From the IMG/VR virus record IMGVR_UViG_3300045815_000012: DNA of 34,856 bases. One strand, written 5' to 3'. Within the stretch, counting starts at the first letter, position 1. Each line of letters opens with the position of its first letter. Below the pieces are notes generated by a model, which was not told the DNA's origin, searched no databases, and saw only the letters and a program-made list of their open reading frames with translations. Position numbers and translations under genes: made by a program. This DNA is from an uncultured virus (IMG/VR IMGVR_UViG_3300045815_000012) (taxonomy: Duplodnaviria > Heunggongvirae > Uroviricota > Caudoviricetes). Shown one piece after another: positions 9,140 to 18,065 of this stretch.

Positions 9140-10496
9140 CGTCGTCCTCCTCATCCTCTTTTGATTTTTGAGTATTGCCAAATAAATTAGAATAGCCTAC
9201 TTGTTGTTTAGGTTCTGATATTGCATCATGGCCAACCATCTCATTGGCTGCTTCGTCATTATCGATCCACCCTTGATTAACCTTAGCTATCAAGTTGTTA
9301 ATCTCCGTTGCTTCTGCGGTTGCTTCAGCTTGACGATCCTTCGAACGAACTTCATTAAATGTAACTGAAACACTAGACTGGCTACCTTTCACTCTTAAGG
9401 CAACTGTGTAGGCTTTTTCCAGTAGTCGCTTCGTCATGTTCTGAATGCTTCGAATACCTGCAACTTGTATTTCCCATTGAATGGACCCGTGTGTTTCTGT
9501 TGTAGACTGATTCTGTCCTAACATAATTGGCAACTGCTTAAGTGCGACAGTGACTTGTCGATCGAGGATATCTAAGAGAGATTTAAAATCAATACTCTTC
9601 CCACCCATACCGGAAACCTGCTCAACTTTGATCGTGTCATCATGATAGAAATCATCATCTATATCAATCTCTGCAAAAGCCGTTTCTATCGTATCCATAT
9701 AGTCATTAATGAACTTCTCAGAGCCTTCTTTATCGAATTGTAGCCGTTCAGGAATATTACTGACTATCGCCTCTGTTGAAACGGACACATCAAAACGGGG
9801 ATAGCCCATCTTGTGAGCGATAATCCGCAGATCGTTTAAGACCTCTGCTTGAAAGATAACTGCTTCAAGTGCTGGCAGCATTGGTGAACGACCATAAGGA
9901 TCGTCAATGTCAGGATCTAAAGGAACATAAAACACTTGCTCCGGATTCAATGTCAGCCATTTCCCGTCCGGTTGCCGCTGAGACAATTCAAGCTCGCCTG
10001 ATTCTTCATTGGGAATGAAGTCAACCTTTGACGGTTGAATCGGATGAAAGTCCACAATCTCAGTTAATGAATCATCAAGTTCAACTTCCAATGCTTCAGC
10101 GCCATAGGTAAATCCTGCTAGATTTAGGACATTCACTAATTGGTCAGTTCCACCACCGTATATCTTCCCAATTCGAGGAGCCAAATCCTCGTTGATGTAT
10201 TGCTGCATCTCTTCATCGTTTTCTCCATCAATACCAAATACCTGAACCTCATGTCCTTGGTTACCTAAACGGAGAAAGTTCCAGACTGCCATTGAAGCAT
10301 CCGGATTAATGTCTCTTAGTAACTTCAGCGAGTCGAGTATCTTCTTTTCTCGGTGCAACTCTCTTTTTACAGGTTGGTTCAATTGCTTAAGAAAACCATA
10401 GTCCCACTTCGCTTTCGTTTGCCTGCCGCTCTCGAACTTGCCCGCAACTACTTTTTTTAAAGTATCTTTGCGAATGTTTCCTAATACTTTGCGCAT
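9078..10496 (-). CDS. Portal protein
   Basis: 472 aa with DDPYGRSP motif; directly after terL. Confidence 0.85.
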   Translation of the reverse strand: MRKVLGNIRKDTLKKVVAGKFESGRQTKAKWDYGFLKQLNQPVKRELHREKKILDSLKLLRDINPDASMAVWNFLRLGNQGHEVQVFGIDGENDEEMQQYINEDLAPRIGKIYGGGTDQLVNVLNLAGFTYGAEALEVELDDSLTEIVDFHPIQPSKVDFIPNEESGELELSQRQPDGKWLTLNPEQVFYVPLDPDIDDPYGRSPMLPALEAVIFQAEVLNDLRIIAHKMGYPRFDVSVSTEAIVSNIPERLQFDKEGSEKFINDYMDTIETAFAEIDIDDDFYHDDTIKVEQVSGMGGKSIDFKSLLDILDRQVTVALKQLPIMLGQNQSTTETHGSIQWEIQVAGIRSIQNMTKRLLEKAYTVALRVKGSQSSVSVTFNEVRSKDRQAEATAEATEINNLIAKVNQGWIDNDEAANEMVGHDAISEPKQQVGYSNLFGNTQKSKEDEEDDDEGRQIRRFPSEIFLKEKTK

Positions 10497-10543
10497 ACGT
10501 TTTTGTTTTCTGTTACGTCTGAATCGTTCAATAGGTCCTATTG

Positions 10544-12007
10544 TTATTTCCTCCTTCCTCTTATCTTAGGCAGATTGGGTTTAACATCGTCTGGATCAAA
10601 AGGCTTATCCATCTTAACCAACGCCTGAGACATCGAATCCACATCGTCATCATGAGCTCCATTAGGGAATGCTTCTAACTCATCTAACACTTCATCAGTC
10701 CATGCTTTCCATAGCGGATGAGGTACGTAGACATTTCCTGACTCCCAAAATGGTGCCACTGCTTGTGCGCGCACTTCTTTACCTCCTTGAGGATTCACTG
10801 CAACCATGCCAGGGATCTTTTTTTGTAGCATTTCAATGACGGCAGTACCATTCGCCTTATCTTCGACTAGTTTTGCCGTTGCTTCCGGCCAACGAGCTGT
10901 CAATGATTGGATAGCTCGCATCGTTTCTACGATGCCCATTCGCTCATGATGCCGATCTAGTAAATAAAAATCAGCATTATCTCTTGCCCATACTTGACCA
11001 GCCACATAGTCAGAAGTGCTTTTGTCCTTAAAAGTACAATCCCAAGACTGTATCTGCTGACTAAAAGAACTAGGCATGACTTTTACATCATCGCCTAGTC
11101 CCAATCGCACTTTCATTTCAATGGAAGGCACATAATATTTCGCCCATGATCGTTTAAAGATATCTCCACCAGCAGGTGTTGGTCGCTGCTGGTACAATGA
11201 TGCCCAACCACGGGACCCAGTAACAGCTTTGGTTTGCTCCGCCCATTCTTCATCTTTACCAATTTCAGGGGCTAAAGCATCGCCGACCTTACGATCAAGC
11301 AAGTCCTTTTCCTCCGCAATAGCTGGTATTTTGATTTCGATCCAAGGTAATGTTTTTTCTTTTAATAAACGACCCGCTAAATCATCTTCATGCCAACGAG
11401 TCATAATAATGATTACAGAACCATTTGCCGATAAACGAGAATAAAACGTATCACGCCATTCAGAATAAATTTTATCTCGGATTGTCTTACTTTCTGCCTC
11501 AGCTCTGTTTTTTACAGGATCATCAATTATCAATAGATCGGAGCCACGGCCAGTTGCACCACCTAAGATAGATGTGCTGTATAACTGACCTAAATGATTA
11601 TCAATACCCCATTCAGAAACACTCGCTATCTCAGAACTTAGTTTCAAATCGAATAGTTCATCACTGTATAAACGAAATTTTTCTCGGTTTTTTCGTCCGA
11701 ACTTTTTGTAAAGTTCCTCTGAATATGAAACAACCATCGCCAATTTATCAGGATTCTTGCATAAAAAATAAGCTGGGAAGGTCTCTGTGATAAAAGTAGA
11801 TTTACCATGTTGTGGTGGTAACTCCACGATGATAAATAATCGTTCTCTATTTGCTATACGATCCAAGTAAGGTGATATATATAACTGGTGTCGTAATGGT
11901 TTAAATGTGCACCCGTGGGTATAGAAAAAGAAGTCAGCAAAATTTCTCCTCGCTAACTCCTTTAGTGATTCTTTTCTAATTATCTCAAGATCAACCATCT
12001 TGTTCAT
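10544..12007 (-). CDS. terL: Terminase large subunit
   Basis: Walker A PPQHGKS, Walker B IIDDP, TRWHEDDL, RNase H-like SWD and HDDDVD motifs. Confidence 0.95.
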   Translation of the reverse strand: MNKMVDLEIIRKESLKELARRNFADFFFYTHGCTFKPLRHQLYISPYLDRIANRERLFIIVELPPQHGKSTFITETFPAYFLCKNPDKLAMVVSYSEELYKKFGRKNREKFRLYSDELFDLKLSSEIASVSEWGIDNHLGQLYSTSILGGATGRGSDLLIIDDPVKNRAEAESKTIRDKIYSEWRDTFYSRLSANGSVIIIMTRWHEDDLAGRLLKEKTLPWIEIKIPAIAEEKDLLDRKVGDALAPEIGKDEEWAEQTKAVTGSRGWASLYQQRPTPAGGDIFKRSWAKYYVPSIEMKVRLGLGDDVKVMPSSFSQQIQSWDCTFKDKSTSDYVAGQVWARDNADFYLLDRHHERMGIVETMRAIQSLTARWPEATAKLVEDKANGTAVIEMLQKKIPGMVAVNPQGGKEVRAQAVAPFWESGNVYVPHPLWKAWTDEVLDELEAFPNGAHDDDVDSMSQALVKMDKPFDPDDVKPNLPKIRGRRK

Positions 12008-12413
12008 AGGCTAATCGCCTCAATTCTTCGGTGCTTAGTTCAGCATATGGATTTTTTGCTTTCACTTCACCGGATAACTCCAATTTCTTAGTGTATATTC
12101 CATCCATTTTGTTCAAAGTATCAATCGCTCGAATCTGGTCTCCTGGATACTCATCGTCATTAGCAATCTCTGAAAGCTTCACCATACGTTCCTTTCGGGT
12201 CATAATAGCTTCGTCTTGAGCTTCTTCTTGGAGTTCTTTATACCTAGCCAGAATCTCATTTTCTCTGAACAAAGCACTCGCCTTGTTGTCTACTGTAGCG
12301 TCTTTCCACCTATTGGCGGAAGCGAACGCCTCGCGATATGCTTTCCGTTGTGTCATGCCTGAAATTAGGCATTGAACGAACTTTTCATGTCTCGCGTTTT
12401 CTAATACAGACAT
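11991..12413 (-). CDS. terS: Terminase small subunit
   Basis: N-terminal HTH (RHEKFVQ..GMTQRKAYREA) and IRAIDTLNKMDG. ATG at 12413 after AGGAG. Confidence 0.9.
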   Translation of the reverse strand: MSVLENARHEKFVQCLISGMTQRKAYREAFASANRWKDATVDNKASALFRENEILARYKELQEEAQDEAIMTRKERMVKLSEIANDDEYPGDQIRAIDTLNKMDGIYTKKLELSGEVKAKNPYAELSTEELRRLAYEQDG

Positions 12414-12430
12414 GCTCTCAACTCCTTTGA

Positions 12431-12460
12431 AAAATAAAAAGACCACCCAATTGAGTGGTC
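12431..12460 (-). terminator. Intrinsic terminator-like hairpin just upstream of terS
   Basis: Minus strand GACCACTC-AATT-GGGTGGTC followed by TTTTTATTTTT. Confidence 0.6.
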
Positions 12461-12742
12461 CTGGTTATGTACTGGGCGGCACGTGAACTTTAAAGGAAGA
12501 GGAGCTATTCACTTCCTTCTTTATTTTTTTAATTGTGCCGCCTAAGATTGTAGAAACCGAGAGAGGAAGCTGTTCACCTCCTTCTGTTTTTTTATAGGTT
12601 ATGTGAGTAGCCTATAAAATATTTTGATGCTCTCTATAAAAACAGCTAGTTCAGATGGTTGTTCATTTACTCCACTTTTTAGCAGTTGTCCTGTTTATGA
12701 TGTTCGTCTGACTAGCTGTAAATATACTAATTTGATAATAAT

Positions 12743-12799
12743 AGTATATAGCAGAAAAACGTGATTAAACCGCCAAATATCCCGCAAAAAACCGCCAAA
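12743..12799 (-). promoter_or_regulatory. Late promoter with probable ArpU-binding direct repeats
   Basis: AAACCGCCAAA at 12767-12777 and 12789-12799 (22-bp period) just after the arpU stop. -10 TATACT at 12748-12743; no canonical -35. Confidence 0.65.
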
Positions 12800-12807
12800 A
12801 TAATTGT

Positions 12808-13224
12808 TCAACGATATGCGATCAATCTGCCTTTTTTATAAGCTTCAGCAAATTCAATTAGAGCTTCTGACATTAGTCTTTCAACGCTGCGCTCAGAGTA
12901 GCCAATTTCACGGCCGATTTTATAATTAGAATAACTATCAGGTGCACAGTAGCGGTAATAGAGAACTTGACGACTTGTTATTCCCAAAGACATCAAAGCT
13001 GCTAAAATAGCATCTCTTTCAGCTTCAGCTTCCATAAATTGGATCATTCCGTCTTCCGCCTTGTTCCCCCATCTATCGCCTTTTGGCATGTCTGACATGA
13101 CTGGTGATTTAATATCTATCATTGACTTTCCCGCTATACGTACCCACTTACGATAATTTTTCAATATTTTTCTTGCATTACATTTAGTTTGATAAAAATC
13201 GACTTCTCTCAATAGCGCTATCAT
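12808..13224 (-). CDS. ArpU-family late transcriptional activator
   Basis: IKSPVMSDMPK and C-terminal HTH ...EALIEFAEAY; position upstream of terS. Confidence 0.9.
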   Translation of the reverse strand: MIALLREVDFYQTKCNARKILKNYRKWVRIAGKSMIDIKSPVMSDMPKGDRWGNKAEDGMIQFMEAEAERDAILAALMSLGITSRQVLYYRYCAPDSYSNYKIGREIGYSERSVERLMSEALIEFAEAYKKGRLIAYR

Positions 13225-13251
13225 GCCATCCGCTCCTTGTGCTATAATGTT

Positions 13252-13298
13252 ATTGACTAGATAACGTTTAGCACTGAGTGAAAGCTTGGTGTTTTTTT
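13252..13298 (+). ncRNA. Candidate small RNA 1 (antisense to early transcription)
   Basis: Extended -10 TGCTATAAT at 13240-13248; terminator GCACTGAG/CTTGGTGT plus T-run. Confidence 0.4.
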
Positions 13299-13312
13299 AT
13301 GATATAATTGTT

Positions 13313-13390
13313 GTGAGCTAGGCTTTTCCTTCAATGGGCGCAAGCATATTTCAACTAGCTCACTGGCAACCGACCACTGGTTGCTTTTTT
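13313..13390 (+). ncRNA. Candidate small RNA 2
   Basis: Extended -10 TGATATAAT at 13300-13308; 9-bp stem GTGAGCTAG/CTAGCTCAC; terminator GCAACC/GGTTGC plus T6. Confidence 0.5.
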
Positions 13391-13418
13391 CTATGCAGTT
13401 GACGACGTTAGCGGAACG

Positions 13419-13613
13419 CTAACACTCTTCTTCAAACAACTTATTCATATCTATTTCACTAAACTTCTCTTTGATCCTGACCAATATCTCAAAACTTGGC
13501 TTCCTGAAATCATTCTCCATTTGTCGGTAGTATCCATACGAAAGATTTAATGCTTCGGCCATTTGACGCTGAGTTAATCCTGCTTGCTGACGAAAACTTT
13601 TTAAATATTCCAT
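13419..13613 (-). CDS. XRE-family HTH protein
   Basis: LKSFRQQAGLTQRQMAEAL...ENDFRKPS. Confidence 0.85.
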   Translation of the reverse strand: MEYLKSFRQQAGLTQRQMAEALNLSYGYYRQMENDFRKPSFEILVRIKEKFSEIDMNKLFEEEC

Positions 13614-13676
13614 GTCTACACCTCCATGTGGTGCTTAACTCCAATACGGGTCATTTTATAGAGCTTTTTCTGCTCT

Positions 13677-14108
13677 CTAAACTATGACGGTTTCAATATT
13701 TCCAATCGTGTAGCATGTTGGATTGTATTTATATTTTTCAAACCAATTGATAATCAAACTCTCTAGTTCATTTTTATGTTCTTCCAAAACATCATCCAAA
13801 TAGTCTTCAGCGACTTCTCCGCATTGATCATACACACCTGCGGCAATCCCCTCTAGAATATAACCAGCATCAATATCAAGACTTGGGCAAAAACACTGAC
13901 CAACGGCAAAACTGACAATCTTCACATCTTCCTTGAACCAATCACCGAGTATGTCTTCGATTTCTGTATCAGTGTTTCCTTGGTTCCACTGAGATATGAC
14001 TTTTTTTCCTGCTTCAATAGCCGCTTCTTTTGTTTCAAAATATTCAGTAGACTTCCAAATATCACAGTCTGCAGACGGGGCGCAAACCCATTCTTTATCA
14101 TGACTCAT
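13677..14108 (-). CDS. Hypothetical phage protein
   Basis: 143 aa acidic protein, AGGAGG RBS, FETKEAAIEAG motif. Confidence 0.75.
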   Translation of the reverse strand: MSHDKEWVCAPSADCDIWKSTEYFETKEAAIEAGKKVISQWNQGNTDTEIEDILGDWFKEDVKIVSFAVGQCFCPSLDIDAGYILEGIAAGVYDQCGEVAEDYLDDVLEEHKNELESLIINWFEKYKYNPTCYTIGNIETVIV

Positions 14109-14154
14109 AAAAATTTCCTCCTTTATCTATGCAATCGCTTCGGTTACCGGATCT

Positions 14155-14340
14155 TTAGTGATACAGCATATTTTGGCTGACTATGTTAATTTCAATTATC
14201 CTGAACAAGTTTCCTTCACTAGATAAATGATCTATGTAAAACTCACTTGCTTCTTTTCCCGTAGTAAAAGTTTCAGGAAATAGTTTCCATGGCTTGCCTA
14301 CTCCTGCGCATGTCATGATTCCGTAGCAGTCTACATTCAT
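14155..14340 (-). CDS. Hypothetical phage protein
   Basis: ATG at 14340 after GAGGTGG, overlapping the upstream stop (ATGA). Confidence 0.65.
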   Translation of the reverse strand: MNVDCYGIMTCAGVGKPWKLFPETFTTGKEASEFYIDHLSSEGNLFRIIEINIVSQNMLYH

Positions 14341-14732
14341 TCCGCCACCTCTTTCATTCCCCATTCCGCGAAGGCTGCTAGGACTTGGGTCTGCTGATCT
14401 GGTGTCAATGCTATATATGCTAGAGAAACGGAATCGAGTGATTCTCCAAGTACAAGCAAGTAAACAGCGTCCATAGGAGAAACTCCTTGCTCTTCAACAG
14501 ACCACTTCAACCACTCCAACACGACCTGCTGGTTTTCGTTGAGTTCATACGGCAATATTTTTCTAAACATTTCAGTATTTTCTCTGATCCAATCTCTCAA
14601 ATATGGATTGTCAATGTAGTAATGTCCGTTGTTAGTAAGCGTATCTGTCAATACAGACTCATACGATTTTCTTGTTAAACGATGCTTCACTATCCAATTT
14701 CTGACAAACTCAATCGTGATATTCTCTTCCAT
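14337..14732 (-). CDS. Hypothetical phage protein
   Basis: Coupled ORF; LNENQQVVLEWLK-type C-terminal region common in enterococcal phage early genes. Confidence 0.7.
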   Translation of the reverse strand: MEENITIEFVRNWIVKHRLTRKSYESVLTDTLTNNGHYYIDNPYLRDWIRENTEMFRKILPYELNENQQVVLEWLKWSVEEQGVSPMDAVYLLVLGESLDSVSLAYIALTPDQQTQVLAAFAEWGMKEVAE

Positions 14733-14734
14733 TC

Positions 14735-15226
14735 TCACACCCACACTTTCTCGACTGTACCATTAAAGAATATTGTCAGCGCTTCTGCTTTAGATTCATC
14801 GGTGAATCTATAAGCCCTTTTCTCCCCTCCCAAGAGCGGTTCCATTTCTTCGTTGAATCTGGTAAAATACATCCCGCTTTGATGTTTTAGTACCCACTTC
14901 GGTTCTTCCTCAACCTCGTCTGGAATATGAAGTTCAGTAAAATGTGTCTTATACTTTGGAAAATCGTCATCTAGTGGTGTGCCGCAATATGGTGGTTCTT
15001 CGACTGGGAAATCCCACCAGAGAACAGGACCAATGTCTTCGTGCCATTTTCCGGCCAAATGAGCAATCACTTTCGTCGGTTCGTCTAGTTGATTAACAAT
15101 TCCGATAATGTCATCGGAGGCATCATTGTATCCTTCCTTATAATCCGATCTGTCCAGTGACGTCCACGGTTTTGAAAAATCATATTTTTCTTTATTAATT
15201 TCTTTGATTAAATCTTGTTTTTCCAT
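14735..15226 (-). CDS. Mosaic hypothetical phage protein (possibly DUF1642-like)
   Basis: 163 aa, GAGGG RBS, central WHEDIGPVLWW..PVEEPPYCGTPLD module. Confidence 0.7.
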   Translation of the reverse strand: MEKQDLIKEINKEKYDFSKPWTSLDRSDYKEGYNDASDDIIGIVNQLDEPTKVIAHLAGKWHEDIGPVLWWDFPVEEPPYCGTPLDDDFPKYKTHFTELHIPDEVEEEPKWVLKHQSGMYFTRFNEEMEPLLGGEKRAYRFTDESKAEALTIFFNGTVEKVWV

Positions 15227-15258
15227 TTCATCCCTCTTTTCTTACTTGATAGGCTGAG

Positions 15259-16014
15259 TTAATTAACCTTTAATTCATTACGAACCTGATTGAAAATATC
15301 CTTAATCAGACTGAATGGGATATTTGAACGAGCGTTATATGCTCCGCCCTTCCGGTCCAACCTCTTGACTCCTAGCTCATTTGGTATATTGGCTTTTCTC
15401 AAGCCTAAATCGATATTACTTTTAAACTTAGTCGCTTTCTTTGCTGGGTAGCCGTAATTGTTGTAGTAAGTCAAATTGTCGAATGGAATACTAAAACCCA
15501 GAACTTTTTCGATGTATTCCCACATCCTGCTGCTGGTTGGATTCTCAATAATATAAATCTGAGGATCGTACCGCTTAATAATCTGTATCGTGTTGAAGGT
15601 GCATAGCTCGCCGTTTATTCTATTCAACAAAGATTTCTCCGGCTTATATTGATACCGATCATAGTCTCTATAATCCCTGATAGTAAAACGTGACAACGGA
15701 GTTTGAGACTCAAACAACCCGTCTCCTTTTTCCTGTTTCCATGAAGCATTACCATCTTTCATTGCGCTAGCTACACTCCAGCTCTCACAAGGAGGACTCG
15801 CAATGATCAAATCTGGGTCTGGTAACTGATCTAATGTTTCAAACAATCCATTTTGTCCAAACAGATGGGAGTAATCAGCTAGATTTAAACTAATGAAATG
15901 GTCATGCTTACCTTCTATATCTAATCCGACACTGTACAATTCTATATATGGAAACTCTTTTGCTGCTTGGGCATAGCAACCATTTCCGCTATCAAACAAC
16001 GCCCATACTATCAA
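15259..16014 (-). CDS. Short DNA cytosine-C5 methyltransferase-like protein
   Basis: Motif I-like LFDSGNG, catalytic motif IV ASPPCES and motif VI IIENP. Confidence 0.75.
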   Translation of the reverse strand: MIVWALFDSGNGCYAQAAKEFPYIELYSVGLDIEGKHDHFISLNLADYSHLFGQNGLFETLDQLPDPDLIIASPPCESWSVASAMKDGNASWKQEKGDGLFESQTPLSRFTIRDYRDYDRYQYKPEKSLLNRINGELCTFNTIQIIKRYDPQIYIIENPTSSRMWEYIEKVLGFSIPFDNLTYYNNYGYPAKKATKFKSNIDLGLRKANIPNELGVKRLDRKGGAYNARSNIPFSLIKDIFNQVRNELKVN

Positions 16015-16043
16015 TTGCTATCCCTCCTTTAAAATGAAGATTT

Positions 16044-16280
16044 ATGATGATATACTCATTTGTAAATACTATGACTGAAAGGAGTGTCTCAATAATGAGC
16101 ACAAATAATGAAACCACTCAGCCACAACAATCTCATCTGTACAAGCAAGAACATATAAAGGGAACTGGTACAGGAGATTACGAATGTATCCGTTGTGGAC
16201 ACGTTACCTCAAATAAAGACCTAGACACCACTAAATGTGAGCCAAAAGATGATAAGGAAAACCACATGTCTGACTATTGA
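16044..16280 (+). CDS. Small Cys-rich (Zn-ribbon-like) protein, inverted relative to neighbours
   Basis: CIRC...C..H residues. AGGAG RBS suggests a start at 16095. Followed by terminator GACTATTGA/TCAATAGTC plus T-run (16272-16300). Confidence 0.6.
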   Translation: MMIYSFVNTMTERSVSIMSTNNETTQPQQSHLYKQEHIKGTGTGDYECIRCGHVTSNKDLDTTKCEPKDDKENHMSDY

Positions 16281-16324
16281 TTGCTCAATAGTCTTTTTTT
16301 ACTTAATTGGTGTGGTTACCGGAA

Positions 16325-16480
16325 CTATTCGTCCATTTCATTAATAATTTTTACAACTTCTGACTTAGCGGATTTACTTAATCTGTAAAAAATAATCTGA
16401 TTTCTGTTTCTAAATTTCATGTTTGCATATTCTCTTCCAAGCGCTATGCCTAAAATGAATAGAATAATGGTCCATGTCAT
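16325..16480 (-). CDS. Small membrane protein (51 aa, not in ORF track)
   Basis: MTWTIILFILGIALGREYANMK...EMDE*; GAGGA RBS. Confidence 0.6.
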   Translation of the reverse strand: MTWTIILFILGIALGREYANMKFRNRNQIIFYRLSKSAKSEVVKIINEMDE

Positions 16481-16491
16481 TCGCCGTCCTC

Positions 16492-16728
16492 CTAATCACT
16501 CAAACTCTCACTAATCATTTTTTCTAATTCCATCATAATTTCATGTGGCAAATTCACTTCTACATCGATACCTTTATCAAAGCAATTCATTCGTAATAGA
16601 TAGGTGACATCTTCGTCGCTAACTTCCTTAACTATTCCAAGTTTGTATAAATTGCAGTTGTTCACTACGACGTTTTTTTGTAAGTCGTGCAAACTAGTTT
16701 TGTTTTCGTATCTCACTTCATAGCTCAT
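16492..16728 (-). CDS. Hypothetical phage protein
   Basis: 78 aa, AGGAGG RBS. Confidence 0.7.
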   Translation of the reverse strand: MSYEVRYENKTSLHDLQKNVVVNNCNLYKLGIVKEVSDEDVTYLLRMNCFDKGIDVEVNLPHEIMMELEKMISESLSD

Positions 16729-16764
16729 GATTTAAATCCTCCTTGATTGTTGTCGTTAGCAGAA

Positions 16765-17007
16765 CTAGCCTGCATCATAAACTAAATCAACATTTTTAAA
16801 CCTATTCCACATAATCGGAACTTTTGACGTGTCAATTTCTGTATTGAAATTAAATTTTGGTCTAAAATCCCCGTCTCCATCACAGTGGAATCCAATCATT
16901 CGTGAGCCTCCGATACTTCCGTAATACTCCATATGTTCTAACATTGAAATAAAATAAGTTAGCCATCTTTCTTCCATTTCGACATCGATAGTTATCTTTT
17001 TTCTCAT
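16765..17007 (-). CDS. Hypothetical phage protein
   Basis: 80 aa, GSIGGSR..DGDGDFRPKF motif, GAGGTGG RBS. Confidence 0.75.
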   Translation of the reverse strand: MRKKITIDVEMEERWLTYFISMLEHMEYYGSIGGSRMIGFHCDGDGDFRPKFNFNTEIDTSKVPIMWNRFKNVDLVYDAG

Positions 17008-17041
17008 TCATTCCACCTCGTTTCCTCTTCTATGTCTTCCG

Positions 17042-17509
17042 TTACATGAACTGCACACAGCCATCTTCACTTGCTAATTCAAATGCTTTTTTAAAGTTCA
17101 AATACGTTTCCATGTCATAGTCATCCAACTGCTCTCTAGCGATTTTTTCTAAATCTTTAAAATCTTTAGCCAATTTTTTTGATACAACGGGACCGATAAA
17201 TCCTTCGCAGTCGGAGAACATTATTAACTCGAATAATTGTGAGTTCGACGCCATTTTTTCCAATTTTTCTCTGAAACGGTTGTAATGCGAGTAAGCTCCT
17301 GCACTAAAACTAAATGAATCGTCAGAAGAATACACACCAGTGACTAGACCTTGTGTCCGTCCTTTAAAGTGCTCTTCTGTATAGTCTAGTGTCGGTTGAT
17401 TGATTTCTACTAGTTTATCCCAATCTACTAAACAACCATCCTCATCTCTTTTTGGATTATCAACTTTCATCATTTTTTTATAAGCTTCTACATCTAAACC
17501 CATTATCAT
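17042..17509 (-). CDS. Hypothetical phage protein (MGLD-start family)
   Basis: 155 aa, MGLD N-terminus, FSDCEG motif. Confidence 0.75.
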   Translation of the reverse strand: MIMGLDVEAYKKMMKVDNPKRDEDGCLVDWDKLVEINQPTLDYTEEHFKGRTQGLVTGVYSSDDSFSFSAGAYSHYNRFREKLEKMASNSQLFELIMFSDCEGFIGPVVSKKLAKDFKDLEKIAREQLDDYDMETYLNFKKAFELASEDGCVQFM

Positions 17510-17581
17510 TCCTTCTTTCTTTTTCTCTGCTAATGCCCCATGTAAGTGAGCTTTGTTCCCTGAATTTCTCCAATAGCGTAT

Positions 17582-17827
17582 CTATTTATTTGAAATAAAA
17601 AAACTTTCTGCCTGTTCATCGTCACCGTACTTTTCCGCCATCATAACTTCAATTTCATTCTTGTAAACAGACATCACTCTATTGATTCCCCAAAGAGGAT
17701 GACTCTCGCGCCATTTTTTATACTCTTGCGTTTTCTCAAGTTCTTGAATAAGTTGATGTTCTATATCATCCAATTCGTCCTTTTGGGTTTGCCATTTTTC
17801 AGCTAGTACTCTTTTTTCTTGTTTCAT
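17582..17827 (-). CDS. Hypothetical phage protein
   Basis: 81 aa, AAGGAG RBS. Confidence 0.7.
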   Translation of the reverse strand: MKQEKRVLAEKWQTQKDELDDIEHQLIQELEKTQEYKKWRESHPLWGINRVMSVYKNEIEVMMAEKYGDDEQAESFFISNK

Positions 17828-17867
17828 ATCAAATCTCCTTCCCTATGCAAATGCTCCAGTTAGCGGA

Positions 17868-18065
17868 CTATCCAATAAATTTCTCTTTCTTATATCCAAC
17901 TTCGATCAGAAACTCTTCTCGCTGATTCAACGCTGTTCGATAACTCGTTTTCGATTCAATACTCTTAGCTATTTGTTGTGCTTTATCAATGCTGGTATAG
18001 CAGAACAGTTTTCTATCTTCGTCTGCTACGATTGCTGCAATCTTATCGTGATATATGCGATACAT
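17868..18065 (-). CDS. Hypothetical phage protein
   Basis: 65 aa, GAGGTG RBS. Confidence 0.7.
   Translation of the reverse strand: MYRIYHDKIAAIVADEDRKLFCYTSIDKAQQIAKSIESKTSYRTALNQREEFLIEVGYKKEKFIG

Noticed and set aside
31..12219. Plus-strand ORFs across the structural module (e.g. 31..240, 997..1296, 1041..1595, 4321..4593, 11229..11444)
   Set aside because: Antisense shadows of well-supported minus-strand genes; no RBS or recognisable motifs.
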